A stretch of 64,000 bases of DNA from Fimbriosthenelais zetlandica. Lineage: Eukaryota. The DNA lies in contig OZ365118.1 in the NCBI GenBank assembly GCA_977030845.1, positions 3,348,001-3,412,000 of the forward strand, written 5' to 3'. Both the position numbers and the translations under genes were made by a program. The notes under the pieces were generated by a model, which saw only the letters and a list, made by a program, of their open reading frames with translations, was not told the DNA's origin and searched no databases. Every line of letters begins with the position of its first letter. Within the stretch, counting starts at the first letter, position 1. This document shows positions 53,084-64,000 of this stretch, piece after piece.

Positions 53084-53979
53084 TCAGTGTTAGATTAGAA
53101 AGATGACTGATAACAGCAACGATGACCAAACGACGGCCACAACACTCTGATATCTTACAGAGGACAGGGAGAAGATTACTACGTGATAGGTGTACAGGGA
53201 TTGGACTATATTGTGTCTATAAAGCTGCCTATTGCCTGGCCCTGGGGTAAATCATCCTAGCAATCACATTAGACAATACATTTATAGCAACACCAGCATT
53301 AAATGCCCCAAGCTACAATCAATCAGAACTAAGGCAGTAACACACAATCTACTTAATGCTTATTCCCTGTGTTTTGATTTGGATGGTTCTGTTTACATGC
53401 AAGGGAATTAATCATTCCTCAATTTTGATTTTTTTTAACCACTTTTCTTATCCATTAAAATTTGAATTAAAGTAGTTAATTAACCTTTTCTGATTACTTC
53501 ATCTCAGTGTGATATCATTTCTCTTACATTATAATTACGTTATGAATTTATTAAATTATTAGGTGACAAATGTCTTCCTCAGTTTCTGTGATATTACATT
53601 GACTTTTCTTTTCATGAACTACATGTATGTTACGGTACTTTTAGATTTACTTTTGACATGACTTTCCCCCATATGGTGGTTGTCAAAGGGGGTGATCAAG
53701 GATCCAAAACAACTGTGACTTGACATATTAAACATCAAAGAGCAGCAAATATTGAACTAAACTTAACATAATGTATGTATGTAATGTCTTCAGGGTCGTG
53801 ACAAAATAACCATCCATAACAATATGTCAAGTAAGTCTGTTGCAACAGTCTGCCACAGCACACACAGACAGAGGCTCAGTCAATGAATGAGATCGAGTCA
53901 GCACCAAATATGGAGGTAGAAAAACAACATTTACAAGATTCCGAAACACTTCATATTTGACCCAAAGGGGGACAAGACT

Positions 53980-54320
53980 CTTACCTTTCTATCGGTGCCT
54001 CTTTGAGTAGATATAATCCCGTAGTTTTAGAGCAGACTGAAGAAACCGGGTCGTATTAAGTTTCAGCAATGTTGGCCAAAATGGCGCAGGGTGCACATGG
54101 AGGGGCCGGAAGTGCGCAGAACAGGATGCGCAGTGAATCTCACTTACCTCGAGTAACAGATGCTACTGATGGATGAAATATCAATAAATACAGAGAAAAA
54201 GGTCCAGAGATCAAACAAACACTTCAAGAGGATCAATTACATTTGATAAAGTGACAATACTGAAAATCAAACATGGCGGGAGTCTTTTACTTCTTGATGT
54301 TTGTATTTTCAAAAGTAGGT
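53980..54320. promoter_or_regulatory. Bidirectional housekeeping-type promoter shared by ABCE1-B and the TRIM-NHL gene
   Basis: YY1-like AAAATGGCG (54078-54086) and AAACATGGCGG (about 54269), ETS CCGGAAGT (54106-54113), TGCGCA x2. Minus-strand donors near 53985 and 54145, and a plus-strand donor near 54315. Confidence 0.65.
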
Positions 54321-55052
54321 CACCCAGCCAACCTATGTAGGTCAATACACAGATTCATGAATGACAGAAGGGAAGTTAGGGAGTTGACAAAATGAGCCTT
54401 TTCTACAGGATTTATCCACACGATCGTGAAAATCTCTCGTGTGCTTATAGATGAAGTACATTGGATTTGTAAAAGTGTGAGAAATAGAGCGATCCTGCAA
54501 TATTGAGTGAGTATGAAGGGGGGAAAGTGAGTGTATTGTGTGGTCTCCACTCTCTACTAGTCTAGTGTTGACATGACCAATAGGCAATAACAGTGGGGGT
54601 CTATCAGTTGGAGTCTGACTCATCCAAAACCAAGCGTCTACATTCCAACAGCTCCCAGTAAATCTTAAATTCATTCTTTTCTCATTCATAGAGACTCATA
54701 TTGTTACTTGTTAAAGGCTAGTGAAAACAGTCCTTTCTGTATTCTGAATAGGCTTTGGATCCTTATCTTAAAGATCATATATAATTTTTAAATATTTGTA
54801 CCCTACAATAACTACATTGTAACAATACATAGAATATTGAATATTGATATTTCCATTGATGTCATTATGAAAACAATTCCATGATCATTTATATAATAAC
54901 TTAGTTTTAAACTATCAGTAGAAATTCAATGACCAAATTGTTCATGCCATTTTGGCCTAACACTCCATAAAACAGTTCAAATAATTTCTCTGATCATTAC
55001 CAAGTACTGCATGTCAATTGATTTATAAATTAATATTTTTTTCTTGTAGATC

Positions 55053-57137
55053 ATGCCTCGTCAGCGACCAGTCATCAGTCAGGCAGCTGAGAACATCGCT
55101 GACCTGTTAAGCTGCCCTGTCTGTATGGAAACATTCGATGAGAGAGAACACCAGCCTAAACTCCTCCCCTGTCACCATTCCTTCTGTAAACTCTGCCTCC
55201 TGAGGCTTGTAAAGGGTAATAATAACACCATAGACTGCCCTACATGCCGCCAGCGTATCGCCCTCCCCCCTGACGGTATAGCCGCCCTCCAGACCAACTT
55301 CTACGTGGCTCACATGAGAGATTTAATAGGCGAATCAGGCAAGGTTAAAACTAAAGCCTGTAGAAAACATGGCAACCAGGAACTGAGCCACTTCTGTAAT
55401 ACATGTGAGGTGGCTATATGCCCCGACTGCTGCCTTAAAGATCATAAAGATGAGACTGGTCACAATACACAGCTGATGGGGCTAGCTCTACAGAACCAGT
55501 GTAAATTACTTAAAGTGGAGATCTCTGAGGCTCAGTCGAGTATTGCTGGTAATCAAGTGTTAGAGCAGCAGCTGATAGCTGAGCTGGGGAACCTGCTAGC
55601 AGCTAAAGACAGGGCTGTGAGGGATATTGACAGTACGTTTGATATGTACGTTGAAGCCATCAATGTGAGGAGAAAGCACTTGAAGGATAATGTGAATGAA
55701 ATCTACTGTAGTAAGAGACAGACCATCATGAGTCAGAAAGAGGAGCTGAATAAAGAAGATACCTCACTATCAGCCCTGGTAGAACAGTGTGATGACGCCA
55801 TACATAGCGGTAATATAGGAGACATACTGGCGTATAAAGCTAAAATGGCGGGTAAAAACTCACAGGTGCGACACCGTGGACCGCTACTTGAGACGGGTCA
55901 GAATTATATCCGATTTAATGAGGAAGAAAACAAAGCTCAGGTGATGAATCATATCCCTGAGATAGGATCACTCCAAGTGAAGGGTCCTCTACCGTCAGTC
56001 GTCAAGTTCAACAACTGTCAGAGATTCATCGCTGGTCTCTTCACCAATATGAGTTTATCTATTAAGAGCTGTAAGAATGAAGACCTGGGCAATTACCCGA
56101 TCACTGTAGAGATACAGGATCTGTATGATGATAATATACCATGCCTGGTGAAGCATACAGGTAACGGGCGATACGAGGTCACCTTCCGTCCACAGATCTC
56201 AGGACTTCACAGGGTCAAGGTGAAGTTCCTTGACCACATCATCCATGGAGGGGAGCTGTCTCTTAATGTCCAGAGTAACAACCCAGTGGCTAAGATTGGT
56301 AAGCAGGGGAGTGGACCGGGAGAGACGGAGTACCCACGAGCAGTGGCTGTGGATAGTAAGAACAACTCGTACGTTGTAGATACAGGGAATAACCGAATCC
56401 TCAAGTTTGACAAGTTGAATGTCTTGGTAGATACTATCATGTTATCATCAGAAGGTGATAGTATATCTAGCTGTGGTATCGCTATGGATTATAATAATGA
56501 TACCTTTCTCTGCCCTGAAGTGAGCATTCAAGATGCCGATCTGGCCCAGGCGCATGCCTTACTTATATACGGTATTGATGGTAAAATCTGTAACCGATTA
56601 GTCTTCCAGAACACGCTCCGTAGAGCATTATCTGTAGCCGTTAACAGCATTGGTCACATCATCATTGCTGATTTTGAACTCGATGCTATCTTTATATTTG
56701 ACCGGCGCGGTCGGCTTGTCCGCCGGTTTGGGGAGAGCGGGGCGGGGACGGGACAGTTCAACCACCCGACATTCGTCTGTGTGGACGATGATGATAATAT
56801 CATAGTCTCAGACGGTGATAATCATAGGATCCAGGTGTTTGATCGTAGTGGGAAGTTCCAGTACGAGTTTGGAGGGAGGGGGACGGCCAAGGGGAAGTTT
56901 AACATGCCGTTTGGCGTGGGTGCTGATCAGCATGGGAACATACTAGTGGTGGACGGGGGGAATAAACGGATACAGGTGTTCAAGGCGGGTGAGTTTGTGG
57001 CCTGTATTGAGTCACTAGCTGATAGGTTAAATGCACCGCGAGGTATAGCGGTTACTTCAGATGGGCATTTCTTAGTGGCAGACAGAGATAATCACTGTAT
57101 CAAGAAGTATAGGTATCTCTTATGTACTTCACTCTAA
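55053..57137 (+). CDS. TRIM-NHL E3 ubiquitin ligase (TRIM2/3/71-like: RING, B-box, coiled coil, filamin, six NHL repeats), intronless CDS, 694 aa
   Basis: RING CPVC..LPCHHSFCKLC..CPTC; B-box CRKH..FCNTCEVAICPDC..DH; filamin HTGNGRYEVTFRPQISGLHRVKV; NHL repeats such as FNHPTFVCVDDDDNIIVSDGDNHRIQVF. The acceptor TTGTAG lies 3 nt before the ATG. Confidence 0.95.
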   Translation: MPRQRPVISQAAENIADLLSCPVCMETFDEREHQPKLLPCHHSFCKLCLLRLVKGNNNTIDCPTCRQRIALPPDGIAALQTNFYVAHMRDLIGESGKVKTKACRKHGNQELSHFCNTCEVAICPDCCLKDHKDETGHNTQLMGLALQNQCKLLKVEISEAQSSIAGNQVLEQQLIAELGNLLAAKDRAVRDIDSTFDMYVEAINVRRKHLKDNVNEIYCSKRQTIMSQKEELNKEDTSLSALVEQCDDAIHSGNIGDILAYKAKMAGKNSQVRHRGPLLETGQNYIRFNEEENKAQVMNHIPEIGSLQVKGPLPSVVKFNNCQRFIAGLFTNMSLSIKSCKNEDLGNYPITVEIQDLYDDNIPCLVKHTGNGRYEVTFRPQISGLHRVKVKFLDHIIHGGELSLNVQSNNPVAKIGKQGSGPGETEYPRAVAVDSKNNSYVVDTGNNRILKFDKLNVLVDTIMLSSEGDSISSCGIAMDYNNDTFLCPEVSIQDADLAQAHALLIYGIDGKICNRLVFQNTLRRALSVAVNSIGHIIIADFELDAIFIFDRRGRLVRRFGESGAGTGQFNHPTFVCVDDDDNIIVSDGDNHRIQVFDRSGKFQYEFGGRGTAKGKFNMPFGVGADQHGNILVVDGGNKRIQVFKAGEFVACIESLADRLNAPRGIAVTSDGHFLVADRDNHCIKKYRYLLCTSL

Positions 57138-58523
57138 CTGAACACAACCAAAGCTTGCACCTGTACAGAGGGGTGCTTGATGCTCTCACCAAATATACTA
57201 AGTTTGATTATTTTATAATTTTGTTATAATTATTTCTTAATCATTTATTTATTAATTAATACTATATATTGTGATTTACTAATGGACCAAACCAAATTAT
57301 CTTATATTGATTAAAGTCAGCATTTATCCAAGTTTATATATATGTTTACGGAATTTTTAAGTATTATTTTGTACTTTCACTATTATATATTTTATATTTT
57401 TCCTGTAAGTTCATATAAACTCCAGGAATGATTATAACCAAAATAACTTCACTGCACATCCTTGTAAGAGATTTTATCAGAATTTCATATCAAATGGCTA
57501 TCGCCATATCTTAGTTCATTCCAATAATTAGAAATTATTTTAGGTAGCCTAGGATTCCGAGAGATTAATGTCCGGATTTAGTTGGATTTCTAAATATAAA
57601 CATTTAGTCATTTTGTCTATGACTGAAAACCTGTAATGGACAGTCGTAGCTCAAAGTTCAATAAATAAATAAATTTAGTTTTGAATGCGATATGATAGCC
57701 AAATAATTCTGTTCATATAACTGAAACAATATCAGTGATGATGTAATGAAAATAGCATTATGATGATTTAGCATTATGTAATGACTTAGGAAGTGAAATG
57801 AGATAGAGATGTACTGGTGTAAGCATGTAGTATGACAATGATAGTTATCAGTAGTAACCTGGTGCCTGCTTCAGGCCTCAAATACTGCACCAATCCATGC
57901 CTTAAGGTTAAATATCACCAGCTGATGCCAGACACATTATACCTTAATCAGTTATACTCTATAGACTGAAGGCCCAGGATATAGAGTTCAACATTGCAAA
58001 ATGTATTGGTGAAGAAAGCAATTATCTTATATATATATAAATCTATACTGTATCCAGTTATAGTGCCAACTCAATAGTATTCTATTGGAAGTTTTGCCTT
58101 ATCTTATCCCAACACTCATGGTTGATGAACATTACAATGATAGTTATAGATAAATAATACATTGTGCGGATTGAATTGAACAATATCAAATTATGTCTAT
58201 GATATGAAACAGGACTAACTCGTCCCCAAACCCCAATGTTAATAGGGCGACTATGTATGAACTGAGCACGGAATAATAAAACAGAATCACTGCAGTTTTC
58301 TTGTACGTCTTGTGTATTGGGTGATCTTTTTTTCGCATTTTATTCTTCACATTCATTTAATGTAATGATGTATATTCCCGATGAAGGCATATGAACACAT
58401 TCTTAATATTCACTAGTTCTTGGAACTAAACTTTCAAAAATGAATTATGTAACTAAACTCAAATGAAACGAAACAAAACTTAAAGTAAAAACGGAACAGA
58501 AATGATATAAAATTTGACTACCA

Positions 58524-59941
58524 TTAGAAATTCATGAAATCATAATCTCTCTTCATGCGGAGCGTCAGCTTGAGCGTCTCGGAGTTTCCGTCCCACTGAG
58601 CTTTAGCGTTTTTACTGTCGACGGTGTGAGGCAGGTGTAGGCCCAGCTTACTGCAAAACACAGGTTCTCTTAGTCATAGCTTACTTACATGGTATAAAAC
58701 AACTAATTCCTAAATGTATATTTAACTTTATACTCTTCATTTTAATGTTAACTATCATTATTTAAATGGGAACTGTAGCCTAAATCGTGATTAACGAAAT
58801 ATAAGTCACAGATGCCGATTTCACAAGACTGATATTTTTCCTCAAAACGATCATGATCGGAGAATATTTAACAAATGAAAATTACTTACTATTTTGGAGT
58901 TCTGCAATCAACGAACTTGTCCTTGCAATCGAGTTCAACATCTGCTAACTTGGTCTTCGGTAAGGTAACTTTTACCTGGAATGAAAATAAACAGATATAT
59001 GGTTACACTGAGTGCAAGAAATAATATTCAAATATATCAACTGTAGGAGCCAATTCAATGAGCCTTTATTCGCGGCAAAAACATTTATTTACTGTTACAT
59101 ATTTTAATATAATGGACTGAGGAAAGTTTGTTTTGCTTACCACCATTATTTCACAGCTGGACGTGGCCGGGGTTTTATTTCCCATCTGGAGGTACATGTC
59201 TTCTGTACTGATAGCTTGCTGGTACGTTATATCATAACTGAAAGACGAAATAATAATAATCAATTACAAAATAATAATAATCAATTACAAAAATACCCAT
59301 AACAATTCCATATCACATAGGACAAATATAGCTAGCCATAGCTGCCCCCTCGACTGGGACCCAATAAATATTGGATAGAAAACAGTGGATGAGCCTGTAG
59401 TAGAAAGGCCTACTTACTCTGGCTGAGGGCGGGGATCATGGATATCGTCATATTCAGAGCCTGTCGGCACCTCGTCTTCCTCCCAGATGTCTTTAGTTAC
59501 AGGTTTTGCTTTGTAAGCACCTTCAGAAAAAATGAAAGGGAGTTATAGTAAAATATATATTTGGTGAATGTTTTTAATTGTATGAACAAAATCGGATTAA
59601 AATCAATAGGCCTACTTACTTTTCGATTCCTTAGGCTTAGCAGCCTTTTTCGGTCCAACATCACCAGGACCCATTCCACCAAATCCAGATTTTGGCTGAA
59701 AGTAAAAATCATAAAATAGATTATAATGTTTAGCTATAAACAATATTTCATGAGGCTTTGGGGCAATGAGCATGCCTACTAATTTGTACGTCTACTAATC
59801 AATGAAGATTCGATGTAGGGTATAATTATAGACCATAGTCTTTACCTTGTAGTCTTCTCCATCGCTGTCTGAATTATTTTCTCCTGAACATTCCTGGAGC
59901 ATGTTCGCCAGGGCGGAGATTGAGGTCGGATCAAAACTCAT
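58524..59941 (-). CDS. DNAAF6: Dynein axonemal assembly factor 6 (PIH1D3/Twister), 6 coding exons, 194 aa
   Basis: Exons: 59941-59846, 59695-59620, 59520-59418, 59237-59141, 58975-58890, 58650-58524 (585 nt). Motifs DIWEEDEVPTGSEYDDIHDPRPQP, YQQAISTEDMYLQMGNKTPATSSCE, LHLPHTVDSKNAKAQWD..TLKLTLRMKRDYDFMNF*. Not detected by the ORF track because the exons are short. Confidence 0.9.
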
Positions 59942-60339
59942 TTTGATGATGCGCTTCTAAGAACAGTCGGATGGTCCGGACTTCAAACTCAAAGGCTCCT
60001 AAAATAAAGGAAAATTCAACATGTAACTCATTCAGTAATGCAAAATGATCTTCAAGGTCTATCGGGAGACCTGCCTAGACAAGGAGGGTGTCCTCAAACA
60101 GGCGTATTAGCCTTGATTTTGCCCGATGCACTTGCCTGGCTTGGCTTGGGCTAGACAAAATATTCGCCTCGGGTCCCATTCGGCATTCCCGCTACCAGAG
60201 ACTGGCAGAGTGGGGACAGCTATGCAGGCTAGGCTTGGGCTAAAATAGGCCTGGGCGATAATAAGGGATTTGCATTTAATTTCCTCCCAATATATCAAAA
60301 AGGTAAAAAGTACCCCAAGTATGCAAGGTGAATCATTCC

Positions 60340-60680
60340 TACCTCCAGAAATACAAATAAATTACAATCTAGACGATCCAGACGTGGTAAAACCTTCTAG
60401 GGAAATGTCTCGGTCTCTACAAATCGAGTTTGTTTACAGTGGCAACGCTATAAATCCCTTCCGCTTTTCTGCGGAATCCACACTTTACCACAAGTCAAAA
60501 GTAGGATTCTGTATGGAGGAGATGGCTGGCGGAGGGATTCCCCGCCTGACGTCACTGATTTTAGGGGTGTTTCCCCAAGTTTATGTGATCTCCGGATGTA
60601 CACAAACTAACGTGATTTTCATTGATTTTACCTCTCAGATTAATTTGATCTTCTACAGGGAGAATCTAATCGTAAGTAAG
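60340..60680. promoter_or_regulatory. Probable bidirectional promoter of DNAAF6 and the Kelch gene, with a central CRE palindrome
   Basis: The genes are divergent. TGACGTCA at 60547-60554, a candidate minus-strand donor near 60342 and a candidate plus-strand donor GTAAGT near 60672. Confidence 0.5.
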
Positions 60681-61273
60681 ATTTGTATTTCTACTTAGTA
60701 AGTTACAATTAGAGATTTTTTCTCTGTTTAACAGTGGGTAATTAGGTAGAAAATCTCCGATCAAGTCTGACACTGCCGCAGTGGAACTGGAAGGCCTCCG
60801 GCTGGGCCTGAGACGAGGCTACCGGTATATATTTTCAATGATTTGCCGTATTTCATGTGTATTGCCAGTGACCATGCAATCGATGTATGCCTATAGCCAA
60901 GCCTAGGCTAGCTTTCGCCCAGTTATTCGAAATAAATACACAGTGGCATTGACATATGACTGAATTTCCTTGGCATGGCTGTCCCAAGGACCCAAGAGAT
61001 CATAGGTTTATATTTCATAGGGATTAAGCATAGGCAGATTGGATGTTTAGGCCTTAGGCCTGTTTAATTAGCTATATAGGTCCTGGATCTAAGCTCTGAC
61101 CTACAGGCCTCTAGGCCTAAAAGGTTTAATATGATTTGTAAATCATGTCACAGGTCATGGAAAAGTGTGAGAGTGAATCCAAATGAATTCTATATTATAT
61201 ATATTAATAGCTAAAACAAATATTCTATTAAGTACCGGTATCATTTTCTATTCAGGTGTGAAATACAAGAGTC

Positions 61274-64000
61274 ATGTCTCAACCAAGGAGGAGACCCAGC
61301 AGAAAAAGGAAGTAAGTTCTTTGAAACATGAAACAGTAAAAATATCAAAGCTAGTTCAACAAATAATCTGGGGACAAAACCCCACTAAAGTCTCAGGAAT
61401 ATCTAAAGTGCATTAACAAGTGCTAGACCTAGCTTCCGAGGTTATTATTTATGAGTTAATTTGGATTTTTCTTCACCAGATTTGTGACCAAACCGACCAA
61501 AAATGGAATAACCATCAGCTGCTCCACACCACAGACCCTGCTCCACCTGAACGACTGGCGGGCAGAGGGGGTACTGTGTGATGTCAGAATCAAGGTGAAC
61601 AGTACAACACAATCAGTCAACTAAAGACACAATACGTACCACACAATTCATATCTGTGTGGGGAATAATTATGAGATCTAAAGATTATATTGTAAACGTG
61701 AATGTCAGAAACACCTGTCAATATTGTCTTAAAATAATTAGCCCCGTGTGTTTAGAATATGACAAATTAGCATCTCTACCGTATTCCCTGTCCCTACTGA
61801 CGGTATTATGGAGAAATTTGTGCAATTTTGATTTTTCAACTGATTGGTTATTTGAGGATGAATAATTATAGTCCCTCGACTCCCTGGCTACACTAGTATC
61901 AAATTTAAAGATTTAAAATATTGAGACTATTTATATTTTTACAGGTAGCTGATGGTATAATCTGCGCCCATCGTAACATCCTGGCTGTGAACAGTGAGTA
62001 CTTCCTCACTATGTTCATGTCAGGTATGAAGGAGAGCTGCTCAGATCTGATCACCATGGATACCGTGGATCTACACCTCATGAAGAAACTCATAGACTTC
62101 ATGTACACGGGCGAGATCGAAGGTAAACTAATATAAGATACCTCACATCTCATGTAGGACCGAATTGGTTTTGATATTACTAATATTATAATCTGTTTTA
62201 TCTCCTACTCGATTGGATTGTTTTAAAAATTAAAGGTTTTTTAAAAATTTTTCAGTGACGACTGATAATGCGCAGGAATTAGTCGTGCTGTCAGATATGC
62301 TCCAAATGGAGCACCTGAAAAAACAGTGTGAGCTCTACATGCATCGACACCTGGAGGCCAACAACTGCTTAGGTGAGTACGACTACCACTACTAGATCAG
62401 CCATAAAAATCTCTCTCCAGCTTGCCTTTTGTTTCTTTCATATTTTAACATTTTGCCTCACTAGATATGATCTTTTCCTGTCTTTGATATTTGTAATCTT
62501 CATCCTCACTAGGTATGATATTTGTAATCTTCATCTCACTAGGTATGATATTTGTAATCTTCATCCTCACTAGGTATGATATTTGTAATCTTCATCTCAC
62601 TAGGTATGATTGAGTTTGGTCGTAAGTTCAGCTGCCCGGACCTGGTCTGTAAGGCAGTGAGTTTAGTAAAGAAGCGCTTCTCAGCCATCGTCAACAGTGA
62701 GGAGCTGCTCGACCTATCTCACTCTACACTGAGGGAAATACTACTGTATGAAGACCTCTGTCTGGGTACGTGTTCAAATCAGATTCATACTGATACTGTT
62801 TAAAAATGCTGAATAAAAAAGGGGAAATAAGATGTCCTGTACTCAAAATTCATAGGCTATAGACCCTGATTTCCTTCTGAATTTACTCCGATATTTTCTG
62901 GATATTTGATATAATTCTGTGATTTTGTGACATTGTTAGGACCTCGCGGGGAGGATGTAGTATTGGAGGCAGCATTAAGATGGTTAGAACATGATAGTGA
63001 GGACAGAATGGCTCAGTTTGTGGACGTCCTCCCGCACATTAACTTGGCCGCCGTCACTCTCTCCTACATCCAGAAAGTCCTGGAGAAGGCCGTCATCAGA
63101 GAGGACTCGGGTAAATATAACTCAACATACATACTCCTACAGGATATTAGGCTGAATTTCCCACCCCATGTTGTTGTTGATGGGAGTGACATTTTAGGAT
63201 TCTTTCTTTCAGTCACCACAGGGCTTTTACAGAACGCTTCAAATCAACCCAATAAATGTCTGAGAGTGCCACAACAGTTCATCTATGCAATAGGTGGTTA
63301 TTTCCAATCTAGGACAGGGTAAGAAACTTATGTTAATATATAGCAGCATTGCTTCTAAGGATTTTTAACCTGTTTTCCAACTATAGTAACACTTATTTAT
63401 CATATTTCCTACAGACCTACGTGTCCGCGGACATCTAGTGTTGAGAGATTTAACGTACAGACCCGGGAGTGGAGCTCAGTGGCTCCTCTACCTATACTAC
63501 CCTCCCTCACATACGCCTTCAACATGCAGGTGGGTAAATCCTATACATATAATCAAATATTAGTCAAACTTCTGCTTTACGCGACTTCGCTTTGAACTGA
63601 GCTTTCTTGTTCTCTCTTCAACATTCCATGGGAAATGAACAACTACTTGTAGAGTTCATTCCATGGAACAGAGTGTTAGAATTCCATAATTCAGACACGA
63701 GATAACAAAACTTCTTTATAGTAGTAATGTTTATAATACACATTTCTATTTCTCTGTAACAGGGACGGTTGTTGGTGATCGCCTTTGACCATCACCTGTC
63801 TGACCCCACCACCAGCGGGTCCAGCAGTGATAACAGTAATGACCCAGCATTACGTAAAGGTCTCTTTGAGTATAACTACCTTGAGGATGAATGGATCAAC
63901 ATGACCAGCTCAGTCAGTGACCACATCTTTGATCTGCTCAGAGAAACTCTCCAGAGCTCAGGCTCCATCACTTTCTGCCCTAAACATAACTACATGTACC
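61274..64000 (+). CDS. Kelch-like BTB-BACK-Kelch protein, 3'-partial
   Basis: Exons: 61274-61311, 61480-61594, 61945-62122, 62256-62372, 62604-62765, 62940-63110, 63213-63318, 63415-63529, 63763->64000, with consistent phases. BTB LCDVRIKV..AHRNILAVNSEYFLTMFMSGMKES; BACK EDVVLEAALRWLEHD; Kelch IYAIGG..SVERFNVQTREWSSVAPLP. Confidence 0.92.
62489..62610 (+). repeat. 30/31-bp tandem repeat x4 spanning an intron-exon junction of the Kelch gene
   Basis: ATTTGTAATCTTCATC(C)TCACTAGGTATGAT at 62489 (31 bp), 62520 (30), 62550 (31) and 62581 (30). Confidence 0.95.

Noticed and set aside
55107-55313. Antisense ORFs over real exons (also 45938-46123, 52169-52366, 56207-56440, 61905-62153)
   Set aside because: Shadow ORFs produced by the codon structure of the opposite strand.

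Overview
This is animal genomic DNA with GT-AG spliceosomal introns; an invertebrate origin is a compositional guess. I reconstructed seven genes by hand from splice sites and reading-frame continuity. In order: NAXD (minus, 10 exons, 39791->1826), an intronless ATP-grasp-fold gene with an apparently degenerate active site (plus, head-to-head with NAXD), two tandem intact ABCE1 paralogues (minus), an intronless TRIM-NHL gene (plus, head-to-head with the canonical ABCE1), DNAAF6/PIH1D3 (minus), and a BTB-BACK-Kelch gene (plus, runs off the window). The left 37 kb is almost entirely two giant NAXD introns (25.4 kb and 8.7 kb) containing repeats, G-tracts and motif-dense islands. The strongest signal is the ABCE1 pair. 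One copy is canonical and one is highly divergent, yet three tracts covering ATPase catalytic motifs are about 97-99% identical at DNA level, including synonymous sites and intron bases. This suggests gene conversion confined to the motor. All comparisons were by eye; no database searches were run.
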